Shown: piece after piece, positions 1 to 12,347 of the stretch | Position numbering within the stretch: the stretch's first letter is position 1 | Layout of the letters: every line of letters begins with the position of its first letter | Assembly: GCA_012295275.1 (NCBI GenBank) | Contig: CM022676.1 | Coordinates: 8,928,001 to 8,992,000 of the forward strand | Direction of reading: 5' to 3' | DNA: 64,000 nt | DNA from: Chrysomallon squamiferum | Lineage: Eukaryota; Animalia; Mollusca | The notes under the pieces: model-generated | What the model was told of the DNA's origin: nothing | Databases searched by the model: none | Seen by the model: the letters and a program-made list of their open reading frames with translations, nothing else | Translations under genes and position numbers: made by a program

Positions 1-143
1 GTTGCGTCAAGTAGCCACGGCGTATCTCAAGCTCGCATCTAATTAGGATTTTGGCTCGCAACTCAAAGCCAAAAAAAAAATCGACCGGGTGGCTACTCGT
101 AACATGGGAAGTTGGAGCACTCGTAACTCAAGGTACCACTGTA
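1..143. mobile_element. Right end of a Tc1/mariner-superfamily (pogo/Tigger-like) non-autonomous DNA transposon, truncated by the window start
   Basis: Ends CTCGTAACTCAAGGTACCACTG followed by TA (142-143). The reverse complement TA|CAGTGGTACCTTGAGTTACGAG has the TA target and CAGTGGTACC start typical of Tigger/pogo TIRs. Internal CTCGYAWCT sub-repeats are present. The other TIR lies outside the window. Confidence 0.6.
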
Positions 144-227
144 TGTATTTTTAACTGAATATATTTTTGTTTCGAAACTTAATAAATAAGTTTTTGTCAG
201 AAATGAGTTTCGACAACGACCAACTAC

Positions 228-351
228 CTCAGTAAACAAGATGATGGGACGGTGCATTATGACACTTACACTGAAAATAACAGAATGAATCTATACGAGG
301 AATAATAGATATTTACTATTATTTTTCTTCTTCTTCTTCTTCTTCTTCTTC

Positions 352-385
<34 letters not shown>

Positions 386-648
386 CATCATTATTAGTTC
401 GTTTTTGTTTTTGGTTGGGTTTTTTTTTATTTACCCACTGACTCGTTTTTTAAACTGCAAATATTAAAATATATTCATGGCTTTGTTCGACAAGGTTGGT
501 GTTAGTGGTTTCAAGGGAGGTAATTTAGGATCGATTTCCAGTTTGACGTTAACATTACTTTGCTTTTAGCCAACATTTCAGTTTATTCTGATGAATAATT
601 GCTTATCTTCTACACAAACATAGATACATATATATAAATAGATACATA

Positions 649-709
<61 letters not shown>

Positions 710-1965
710 TGCATACATACGTAAAATATATAAAAAGTAAAGTATGAAATCTACATGTAGTTAAAAGTCCAAACTTTTAATTAATTTATTCGATATATTA
801 ATAAATCTTTAGTAATAATAATTAAAACAAATAAAAATAAACACAAAACAAAGTGAGGTTTAAAAAAGAAAAATACAATATGCTAATACACGAGTCACGT
901 TTTGAAAGAGGTAATGATAAGTTTAAACAAATTCAAACAACCAACTCCAATTGTAGCTCATAGGAAAACACAGCTGAATCAGTAAAACGTAGATCATTGT
1001 CGATAAGTAACTTTTCTTGACGAAAAGCTAGAACCAGTCAAATTTGAAGATGCAAACTGCGACCAATCTAGAAATAAAGCAAAGAGACCCGATGAACTAA
1101 TAAAATGAAAATTCTACAATCTATGCGTAGGAATGGATTAAATGTGACATTTTCTCAGAAACATTCTAACTATTCAAACGACAGTTTCTAAACGCACTCA
1201 CAGTTGTAAAGAAATATTCGTATTATGGTCTGTATGTGCACTAAATTCTTATTAATCCGGACATTTTACAGACACATATGTCAAAATTTGAAATAAACAT
1301 TGGAAAACAATAATAACAATAATAATAAAAAGTTAAAAAATTAAAATAAATAAATAAATTAATCAATAAATGCGTTAATAAGTAATTTAATAATAGTAAT
1401 AAAAACAACAGCAACAGCAATAATAATAACAACAACAACAACACCAAAAACGACAACAACAACAACATTAATAATGATTAAAAGTGGTAATGAATAAATC
1501 CAAACGAATAAAAAAATTCACATAAAATGAAATGAATTAATTAATAAAATTCTTACATAATCAACATTAGACTATCAGGAGACGACGAAGGGCAACAGCT
1601 TATATCCACATGGCCTGAATAATAATAATAATAGTAATAATAATAATAATGATAATAATAATAATAATAATGATAATGATGATGATAATAATAATAATAA
1701 AAAAGAAGAAGAAGGAAGAATATAATGATGATCATCAATAATTGTAATTATTGCTGACCTTGTAACATAAGAATGTTAATAATAACAACACCAACAACGA
1801 CAACAACAAAAATGATAGTGGTAGTAGTAGCAGTAGTAGTAGTAGTAATAGAAGAGGAAAGCGAAGAAGAACAAGACAGTGATGATCAACAACAATCGTA
1901 GTTATTGCTCTACCTGGGAACTGGAGCATCTTGCTTTCATGCTTTTCACCGCCTGGACTCATCAT
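228..1965 (-). CDS. Unidentified spliced minus-strand gene, 5' part only; continues beyond the window start
   Basis: Three AG/GT-bounded exons at 2125-1914, 1614-1557 and 270-228. From ATG 1965 they splice in phase without a stop: MMSPGGEKHESKMLQFPGHVDISCCPSSSPDSLMLIIVSVIMHRPIILFTE. No family recognised; they could instead be 5'UTR or lncRNA exons. Confidence 0.45.
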
Positions 1966-2912
1966 AATAAGAACTGCTTTTTTTCCCACTAAGAAATGAA
2001 GGAGTTGATGCAAATGATAAAGTGCAGTTGATTCGAGTTTGATAGTCTGTCTCGCAAAACCACTTGTCACGTGCTACCTTAGTGTACTTTTCTGGAAATG
2101 CCTTTTCTTTCGTTTCTCCTTTGATCTGCATTTAATAATGATGATGTTCATTCTGTTAATGTCGCGATAGTAATAATAATAATAATAGAAATAATATTAT
2201 GAATAATATTAATAATGATGATAAAGAGAAAAAGGCACACATGACATAATGGTGGTGACGTTTATGCTAGTGCAAAAGATGATGATGATGGTAATGATAA
2301 TAGTAATGAATAAATAAATAAAAAGAATAACATCTATAATAATAATAATAATAAAAAAAAAAAAAAATAATAATAAATAAATAAATAAACAATACATTAT
2401 GACGAAGACATATACATAACATTTTCAAAGAATGGACATATTCAATAGGATCCATTTTTGTTCTCTCGTGTACTTCTACATCCTTATGTTCCTTTACTTT
2501 CTCAAAATCTTGAGAGAAACATGTACACATAGACAAAAATACATCAACGCAAAGCAATGAAAAACACGTAGAAAGTCTCATGTAACACAATTCATATTCA
2601 TATTAACTTTAACATTTAAAGGAACGTTAGAAAAGTCTTCTTGTACAAACCTTGTATTTCCAATGGCACTTTGCATTTTCTGTTGTACAAAATGCATAAG
2701 CGAGGGTTTTGAATGGCAAGGATATACTTTTTATTTTGTCCAGAAAAGCATTGCTGGTACTTATTGTGTCTACGAAACAAAAAAAAAACAAAAAAAAACT
2801 CAAATCAAATAATATCTTGTTGGAATAGCACTAGTAATAGTTAATGACAATAAGTAAATATAAATGTTGAAAAATCTAAATTTACAATAAATATATAAAT
2901 AAATAACGGTAA

Positions 2913-2964
<52 letters not shown>

Positions 2965-3091
2965 TAAAAAACAGTGTTCTGTATAAAAGTCAAATCATAC
3001 ACTAAGCTAAATTTCAAACTGAAGGCTGCAACTAGACATCTGACGTTTTGGTGTACCTAAAATTACATCGTACAGGCTGAAAATCCTCTCC

Positions 3092-3137
<46 letters not shown>

Positions 3138-3256
3138 CTCGATATATTGGAAACTCGAAGTGTTTGGGATTTGAAAATTGTTCCAGTTTTTTAAACATAA
3201 GGGCATAGTAATAATAACGATAATAATAATGATAATAATAATAATAATAATAATAA

Positions 3257-3287
<31 letters not shown>

Positions 3288-3544
3288 AAGAAGAATAAAG
3301 CTTCTGCCAGGATAACAATCCAAAAACAAAGATATCAGTATTTCAACGGCTACAAAAATTTCCGATGTCGCAGCTTTTCGGATCTGGGAGTTTACTGATC
3401 AAGGATTTTCATCCTGCGTTTGCTTATTTGAAGCAGCAACAATATACAGATCTTGAAATATACTGTGTATCGGTATCAATCAGTAAAATAAAATTGTTCT
3501 AATAAAATTCTTTACACTTGCAAATTATTATTTTATTGTTTCAG

Positions 3545-3636
3545 GCAACCAATGATCACTCTTACTAGAATGAAACAACAGAAGAAGAAGAAGAAGAAGG
3601 AGACCTTTCCTGAGTGATAGCTGTACTGTTTTTCTG
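3545..3636 (+). other. Orphan non-coding exon-like segment
   Basis: Acceptor TTTATTGTTTCAG| at 3544 and donor CTG|GTAAGT at 3637; stops in all three frames. Confidence 0.3.
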
Positions 3637-3941
3637 GTAAGTCTAAAAAATGGTGACCTCACGACAAATCGCTGATACACTTCATTATTAATTAAGCACG
3701 TGAGGACGAAATGAATTTGAAAGATGGCTTAGAAGTTTGTAGAATATATTTTTAGTGTGTTTCTTCGTATTTATAAAGGTACGCTTTAATTACTTTGTAA
3801 ATAAAGTGCCTCCTGTTTTTGGTGACCCCAGAGACCAGCTTCCACATGTGAAACGTGGACATGAACAGTAATATCCTTTCTTTTCCATTTTTTTTAGTAG
3901 TTCTTCTTCTTCTTCTTCTTCTTCTTCTTCTTCTTCTTCTT

Positions 3942-4034
<93 letters not shown>

Positions 4035-4497
4035 GTTATTATTATTATTATTATCGTTGTTGTTGTTCTTGTTTTGCCGATTTGGATTTGTTATTACTGT
4101 ACGGCACACTTTATTTTTTGTCTTTTTTATTTATTTTATTTCATTTTATTATATTTATTTTCTTCTTTTTTTTCTTTCTTTCTTTCTTTCTTTATTTATT
4201 TTTTTACTTATTTTTGTTTCTCTGAATTGAGATTAAAGATATTATATTTACATACATCAATGAACTCGAAATGTTTCCATTTGTATTGTATGATAAAACC
4301 GCAATCCTTCCTATGGCTATGGACTTTGATACGGTGCATGCAAATAAAATTTGTAAATATGTTCAAAAAATTTTCTATCATTTTGAGGGGAGACTTCTAG
4401 ACAACATATGGTGCCGATTGAATGTGTACCTTCAAGACAGATAGCACTTTATATAGTAACTACATCATACTATCTTGATAATTTCTTAAATGCTGTG

Positions 4498-4760
4498 TGA
4501 ATTCATCATAATACCGAATTTAAGATTTTTAATACTTACTGAATTCATCATAATGCCGAATTTAAGATATTTAATACTTACTGAATTCATCATATAACTG
4601 AATTTTTAATACTGAGAAAGTTCGTCACGAAATCTGAGATATTAAGTGCTGAATTCACTGAGTTTTTAAATCAAAATAAGTTCATCATATCACTGAATTA
4701 GCAATATCAAATATTTGATGAATTCATCAAGTCACTGGCGTTAAGCACGCTGAATGAATT
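4498..4760. repeat. 42-bp minisatellite (TGAATTCATCATAATRCCGAATTTAAGATWTTTAATACTTAC): two good copies plus degenerate ones
   Basis: Units 4498-4539 and 4540-4581 are nearly identical; further decayed GAATTCATCA-type units follow. Confidence 0.8.
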
Positions 4761-5010
4761 TGTCATTTTATATTACTAATTGGAACTAATTACATGATGA
4801 ATTACAAACCTGTCTGTTTGACATAAATTATGAATATAAAGATAAGTAAATAACTCTTCTCAAACATTTTCAGATATTCTTTCTCCAGTCTTCGTTATTT
4901 TTGTAATTTCTAGAAAATAAAGCAAGCGATGTTAAGAAAATACAATATCACTGGATAATTGCGTGAACTAATAAAAACAATTGATAATATCAAAACACCT
5001 ATAACAAATG

Positions 5011-5059
<49 letters not shown>

Positions 5060-5552
5060 CACATACATATATACGTACATACATACATACATACACACAT
5101 ACATACATACACACACACAGTGCTGTGAGTATTTGAGTATTTCACACCATAAGAGTGGTGATCGGATATTTACGGTAATACATTATGACCGATGGTTTAT
5201 TTTATGTAATATTTTTCTGCATAAGAAATGATTAACTGAATGCTCATAAAGAAGATTACAAATACTTAATTTTTGTCTTATTTTATTATTATTATTATTT
5301 TTTTTTTTTTTTTTTTTTTTTTTTTGTCTGGGAATCTCGTTTCATTTATCAATAAAGGCGGTAATGGCGTCATTTCACGTCTAACTGAAGAATGTTATTT
5401 TTATTGTGCTGTTTTGTATCCATGTATAAATTTTAAAAATAAATAAATAAATAAATAAATAATATAAAAAAGAAAAGACTGGAAATGAATTTCAATACTT
5501 AGATGAAACTCAAGTAAAATAAAAAATTTAAAATAATAATATTGGTACATAC

Positions 5553-6219
5553 CTCGATCAGCGAGCAGACTGGATTAGTGCGATATGACGTCAAAACTTT
5601 GCATGCAGACGTCACGGCGCGAAAAATACTGTCGTGTACTTAATCAGATACTCCATTGTAAAAACGAAATAATAATAATAAAATTATTACAGGTACCAGA
5701 CGACTTATCGGGCAGGTTTTTGACGGGAAGTAATCCAGATTTTTTAATTTTCTTTGCCTCTGCGAAGTATATTGGCGTTGATATTATATATATATATATA
5801 TATAATATCAACGCCAATATACTTTGCAGAGACATGAACAAAAATTAGTGTGCATGTTTGGAACACATAACATAGCAAAACGTAAGCACGAAATAAGGTT
5901 TGTTAGAACGGTCCCTCAAAAATCCAGATTTCTAAAAAATGGCAACTGCATAAACGGCACCAAGAAATTAAATATTAAAAAACTCATAACTTTGGAAACA
6001 TCTGACAGAGAACTTGATTTTTTTTTTTTTTTTTTTTAATTTATCACTGAAGTTGTATTTTTCCTAAAATGAAATTAAATACAAAGAATTTTAATCGAAA
6101 AGCAATTGTAAACTTGAATTACTCCCCTTAGACCGAAATAATAATTTTGTTACTGCCACACTAAATAGAGTGATGGCCCCTGAGTTTGCACACTACTTCC
6201 GGTCCATGTGGGAAAGAAA
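5553..6219. promoter_or_regulatory. Candidate bidirectional promoter between the minus-strand gene and RRP1
   Basis: Minus-strand donor GAG|GTATGT at 5553/5552 in a CpG-containing patch, CRE palindrome TGACGTCA at 5586-5593, and ETS motif ACTTCCGG at 6195-6202 just upstream of the RRP1 ATG. Confidence 0.5.
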
Positions 6220-7989
6220 ATGGAAGTATCAACAGAAGTGGAGTTTGCTCAAAAACTTGCTTCGAATGAGAAGAAAGAAAGAGATAAAGCAATAAAGAAA
6301 TTACGAAAATATTTTTCAGCAAAGGCAAAAGGTATGAAAAAAAGAAGACAATGCAACAGCTCTAATATTAGTGCACGAAAAGTCGAAACTATCTGTTAGT
6401 GTTAGAACTTTAGTAATCAGAACATTCTTTCTCAAAATTAAATAATCACTATAATTTATAAATATAATCATGATAATATGTTGCGGACAGGAAAGTAGTT
6501 ATGTTGAAATTGCAGTTTATAATTATATATATTTTTTTTGATCTTGGAAAGTTTTGACAACAAAATTTCTACTATGAATGATTTACTCTCTTACAGTTGG
6601 CTTTTCTGAAGAGGATTATCTCAAGATATGGAAAGGATTACATTACTGCATGTGGATGCAAGACAAACCACTGATACAGGTATTTTTAACCACATAAGAG
6701 CCACTCATCTGGGCTCCTCAAAATATTTGAACGGAAATTGCAAATGTAAACATTAACCCTAAACTTTACCAAAACATTAACACAAGACAGGTATATAATA
6801 ATGTAAGAACAATATACAGACATAAAAACATAGTAAAATATTTAGGCTGGGTTCGGTGAAATATGTTAGGATAATTATAGGTGCAGTTGTAACTTAACTA
6901 TGTTGACTTGAGGTTTGGTTTTAAGTTCGAATTCTGTGAGGTTCAGCAGTAACATCAATCAGGTTTTCATAGAAGTCGCTGAGGTTGAATCAACTTGATA
7001 GTATATCATGGACAATAACAAAGAAAAATCTATGTTTATATTTAATCACTTATCCCTAAGAGAAACTTTCAACATCTCTGCACATATTGCGACTGCCAAA
7101 CTAATGTCCTGCTCTTCAAATGTTTTTTGATTTTTTATATATACATATATATCTGGTTGTGGCTTTTCTAGTTAACAAGTAAAGATATCTAATATTATTA
7201 AATTAATACTAACTTGTGTCTTGTGATTGTCCAAAATGGCTGTACTGATGATGTTTGCCTTATTGGGGTCAAGATTTTACAGGAAGGGACAGAGCAAATG
7301 AAGCCTGCATCTCAGGGTTTCACTATAGTGGACACTGTCCACATTTTCAGACGCCAGGACAAGTATTGATGGCATATGCCATTGGAGATACAGCAAAATA
7401 CAAAACCTGTGTGTTTGTGTGTGTGTATATATATATATATATATACACACACAGTAAACACGTTATATGTACAATTGTTTTCACTGTTAATATACAAAGT
7501 ATAAAAACCAAACTGCAGTCTTGAGAATTCTTAAAGCGATGTTTAATTAATCATTATTAATGAATAATAATTTGTAAAAAAAACAACTATATATATATAT
7601 ATGGATGTTTTGAGTGTTTGTTCCTTATGTAACTGTTGTTTGAATGCTTACTAACAGATCTGCTTTGTTGTTTGTAGGAGGAGCTGTCAACAAACATCAC
7701 ACGCATTGTTCACATTCTGAAGAACCACACACAGGCTCTGCTTTTTGTCAAAGTTTTCTTCCTCACGGAGGCCAGAGAGTGGAGTGGGATTGATGTCTGG
7801 CGCATTGATAAGTTTATGATGGTATTTTTCTTCTCGTTTAACGTTCTTGTCTCTTTTTTTTTAATTCCTATAATAAATGCATGCACGCATGCATGCATGC
7901 GAACCCTCAGTAAATTTACTATTATACTTTTGCCAGAATGTCAGTGATGTATGTGAACCTTTGATTCATTCAGTGAATGACTGTTACAA

Positions 7990-8034
<45 letters not shown>

Positions 8035-11000
8035 TGTATGGCTCCATGGCCATGAATAATTCTTTGTCTATGGGTCCAGCTTGTCGTGTAATTTTAAAAA
8101 CTCGGAATGTTTTAAAACCTGGACATTCATTAACCATACCCATACTAAAAATAAAATTTATAATAATAATAATATACTTAACCTGTCTTTTCGTACAACC
8201 CTGAAGAAATGAAATTAAAACCAGCAAACAATGAAAATAAAGCAACATTCACTTCGTAACGTATCATAATGAACCACAGAGACCATTTGTGTGGCCAGGA
8301 GCTCATCCCAATTTGTCGATTTTTCTCATTTAATTTTATGGACCAAGTTTAAAAATATAAATTAAACTTTAAAAGAATTAAATTGTATTTTAATGGATCC
8401 AGATTAACAAACACTTTTGAAGTTACTTTTACGACAGGGGTGAGGGAGGGGGGGAAAAAATGATCTGATACATGTACATTCTCATGCATGATATATTTAT
8501 TTTATTTACATTTCTGGATTTTCTGAATGAAACCTTAAACATACAGGGGGGGGGTGCACAACACACAACGTTTCGACTTTATAAACAGTTTTTTAAAATA
8601 AATTTCAACTTGAAGCAGCACGACATAAAATTCAAACGTCCACAGGCAAACGCAAATGTCAGCGTAGTGGTAGAATGCGACGTTTGCTTCGGAGTCGTTT
8701 GCAAGCTTTGTTTACATCTGCTTTGTATTTGCAATTTTTGTTTCATTTTTTTTATGTACTATAATTATTGTTCACCCTTTCATTTTCCTGCAGCCTAGTT
8801 CAACTTCTTGATGTATACATATGACTTTTAGGGTATTTTAGGTTAGCTAAGTGACTTAGGCTATCATAATTCCAACTTGCATTGAAAACTGCCATAAGTC
8901 AGTACATAGAAACAGATCTACAACATAATTTGCCGATTCCTGTACACTTAGAATTTATAAAATGATGGGGAAAAAAAGGTATTTAACAGATACAAATTAG
9001 CACATTTCTGGAAACCATTATTTTGGGAGATGAAGCGATGGTCTTGTACATGAATGCTGACATTTAAACATTTATTTTTTTATTTTTTTATTCATTTATA
9101 TATTTATATATTTATATTTCTGGATTTTTGCTGTTTACTAGACTGAGACTTAAAATAAAATAGAATAAAAATAAAATAGAATAAAAATAAAATAAACAAT
9201 AGCAAATAAAGAACAAAACTGTTTTTAGGAGAAATTGTTCAAATTAATAACACATCTGAAGATAGCTGTTGAAAGCTGAATAAATGATGTTCTATTTGTA
9301 TATTCACACTTAAACACACACACACACACACACACACACAAGAGAACATAACACAGACATACACCTAACATTTAACATAACAAGTGCAAAACGTAATTTT
9401 CTCTTACAGTTTGTTCGTCACATGCTGAACCAGACTCTAACCTACTTGAAGAATCACAGCTGGGATCAGTCGGTTATCAAAGAATTTGTGGACGTGATAA
9501 GCGACTCGCTTCTCGACTCTTCAAACGACGAAGTCCCAGATGGGATTCGTATTCATCTGTCTGACATCTACCTTAGTGAGCTGAGCAGAGTTGGTGGAAA
9601 ACAAGTGAGAATTGTATTTGATGTTTACCTACGTAATATTTTAAATAATGCATACGTACATGTGTAGAGATACCTACGCATTTTCATACAAATATACCTA
9701 AATATATGTACATTCATGTACATCCGTACACACACAGACAAGAATAAAAATATAATAAAAATAAAATAAATTAACTAATTAATTCAGTAATTGATAATAA
9801 TAATAATAAGAATAAGAAGAAGCAGTAAATAAATACATACATACACATGTATATGTAAACACATATCAAGTGGTTAGAGCTGTTTATATATATTAATAGA
9901 CAGTTCCATCAGTTTTCTTGTTATGATCATCAATAGGTTTTCATAAAGTTTATTCAAGTGAACTTCTGACTGAACTGTGTACACAGTTATAATTTGTTTC
10001 TATATGTTTTTCACTGTCTGTATATTTCACATGTTCCGAAAAGTTTTATTTTTAATTCTTATTATTTTTTTTATTTTTTTTTATTTTTTTTCAACAGCTA
10101 ACAGCTGAACAAGTGACTTATTTTCTCTCTCCGTTTATCAACTTCATCAAGAACGCCAGAAAGTAAGTTTAATAATAGAAAAACAAAACATTCATTGTAT
10201 TAATTAGAAAAACTAAGTTTCTGTCTTATTTAAATCACCTCAGAATCTATCCAAAACCAGGCTGCCGGTTTAATTTTCTACTAATATGTTGTTAAAACAA
10301 TTATTTATTCAGCTCAATTTTATCCACAAAGATAATACATAATAACGAATAGCATTATGCAGCAAATTTGGTTTAAAAACATAATTTACTATTTATTATA
10401 TACGGTATGCAACGTATGTCTTAGTTTACCTGTAAATAAATCTTCATTTTTATTTTCTGCTTTAACAAGTTGGTTGAAAGTGACATGACAAATAAACATT
10501 TTTATAGATTTATTTGATCAAACTGATAACTGGAAACAATAATTTGAATATATCTTCGAAATCTTGATAATAACTTTATTAATGCATATATTTTTGTATA
10601 AAATTTAAAAAATAATTTTTTGTATAAATTAAAGATATAGATTTGCTAATATACTTATATAGTAATAACTATAAATATTTTATATATACTTATAAATAAT
10701 TTTTTATATATCTGTATTTTATTTTCATAAAATTAACATGGTACTTAATAATTTTACAAATTTATATATTGTGTATATTATACTAAATACGTTTTAAATT
10801 ATTTATTTATATTTGTATACTTGTAAATTACTTTGTTATAAACTTTAACTACTATGGAGTTTCGCTAACAAACTGAAATAATAATATATTTTACATACTT
10901 CCAGCTGGTTGGTTTTTTAATTCCTCACCTAAAAATTATACATGATCACGTGGAAATGCACAACTTAAGTTTTATTATCAGTTGTTATATTTAACCTTTG

Positions 11001-12301
11001 TAATAGTTGTTTTTAAATTTCCTTTTTCAGTTTACATGTTATCAATCGTGTCATATCTGCAGTTTTTCAACCAATGATTTTTCAAACCATTGAACACTTT
11101 AAAAAGAAGCATGAAAAAGAGAAAGGTGATGCTGATGATGATGATGGTGGTGCTGGGTCAGAAGTTGATGATGGTGATGATGATGTTATTGATGAAATGA
11201 CTGGCAAAGTTAAATTAAAGTTTCCGGTATGCGATAAATAATTTTATTAACGTGAAATAAAATGATTGATGGTATTAATAATTATGTTATAATAAGTAAA
11301 TAAGATTTAGAAAAAAAAAAAAATTATAAAATTTATTTAATTCTGCTTTTATTGTTATTTGTCATCTGATATTATTTCTACATTAATAACCTGTATGACT
11401 TGTGGAAGAGATTATTATTATTATTTTTTTTTTTTTTTTTTTTTTATCATATGTGCATTATGTTGTTTTTGTTTCAGTTATTTGTGTTAGGTTCTGTTTC
11501 TACAATAACTATCTAAAGGAATTATCTGGATTTTGGGGGTTCTTTTTTGTTCTGTCTTGGTTTTTTTTTTCATTTGCTTTTGTTTCACTGTATATTGATT
11601 ATACATGTTGTTACCTGTTTGTATTCAGTATTTCTTGAATATGTTCTTGTTACTGTTATTATTATTACCTGTAACGTTTTTAAAACAGACTAGAAATTAG
11701 AAATTATTAATATCATTTTGTTTAATTTCCGATTTGTTTTCGTAAAATTTATTTAAATTATTTACCTAGTTCCTTATTTGTGTTTTTCTATTTGCCTGCT
11801 TGTTTATTTATTTTCTTACTTTTATATTTTCGTATTTGCTTTTTTATTTATTCACTTATATATATTTTTTGTATTTGCTTGCTTATAAAGTTGTTTGTTC
11901 GTTTATTTATTTATTTATTTATTTGTTTTTTTATTTATTTATTTGTTTATTTGTTTATTTATTTATTATGACAGTATGACTGCGGCTTGATAGCTGACAA
12001 ACTGTTGGAAGTTTGCAGCAAACCAGATTGTGGAGCCAAGAACAGAAGAATTATTTACAGACTTGTCAAACGGTAAGAACACCTTTAAAGTAATGACGCT
12101 GAACAGGAAAAACAGTGCCCTCTGGCGACAAAGTGAAATATCGCAGGGGTGGGCTATACGACATATATTTATAAATTTTAAATATGTCTGTGTCTTCTTC
12201 TTCATGCTTCTATGGCCAGAATTATTCTCATTATTGATATTATTATTATATTTTCATTGTTACTTGTATTATAACAATTTTCATTATTATTATTGTTTTT
12301 A

Positions 12302-12347
<46 letters not shown>

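Noticed and set aside
2417-2510. Possible extra minus-strand exon (DFEKVKEHKDVEVHERTKMDPIEY)
   Set aside because: Weak AAG acceptor and GTATAT donor; cannot be joined confidently to the other exons.
6754-7346. TAACCCTAA (telomerase-template-like) at 6754-6762 upstream of the H/ACA candidate, raising the idea of an intron-encoded telomerase RNA
   Set aside because: I found no U-rich/A-rich pseudoknot after the template and no CR4/5 insertion in hairpin 1, and low-complexity AT sequence (7125-7210) intervenes. A covariance-model search with metazoan telomerase RNAs would settle it.
7940-7985. C/D-box-like GTGATGT...ATGA segment in RRP1 intron 3 (similarly 9910-9978 in intron 4)
   Set aside because: Boxes are degenerate, the segments are short and I recognised no rRNA-complementary guide.
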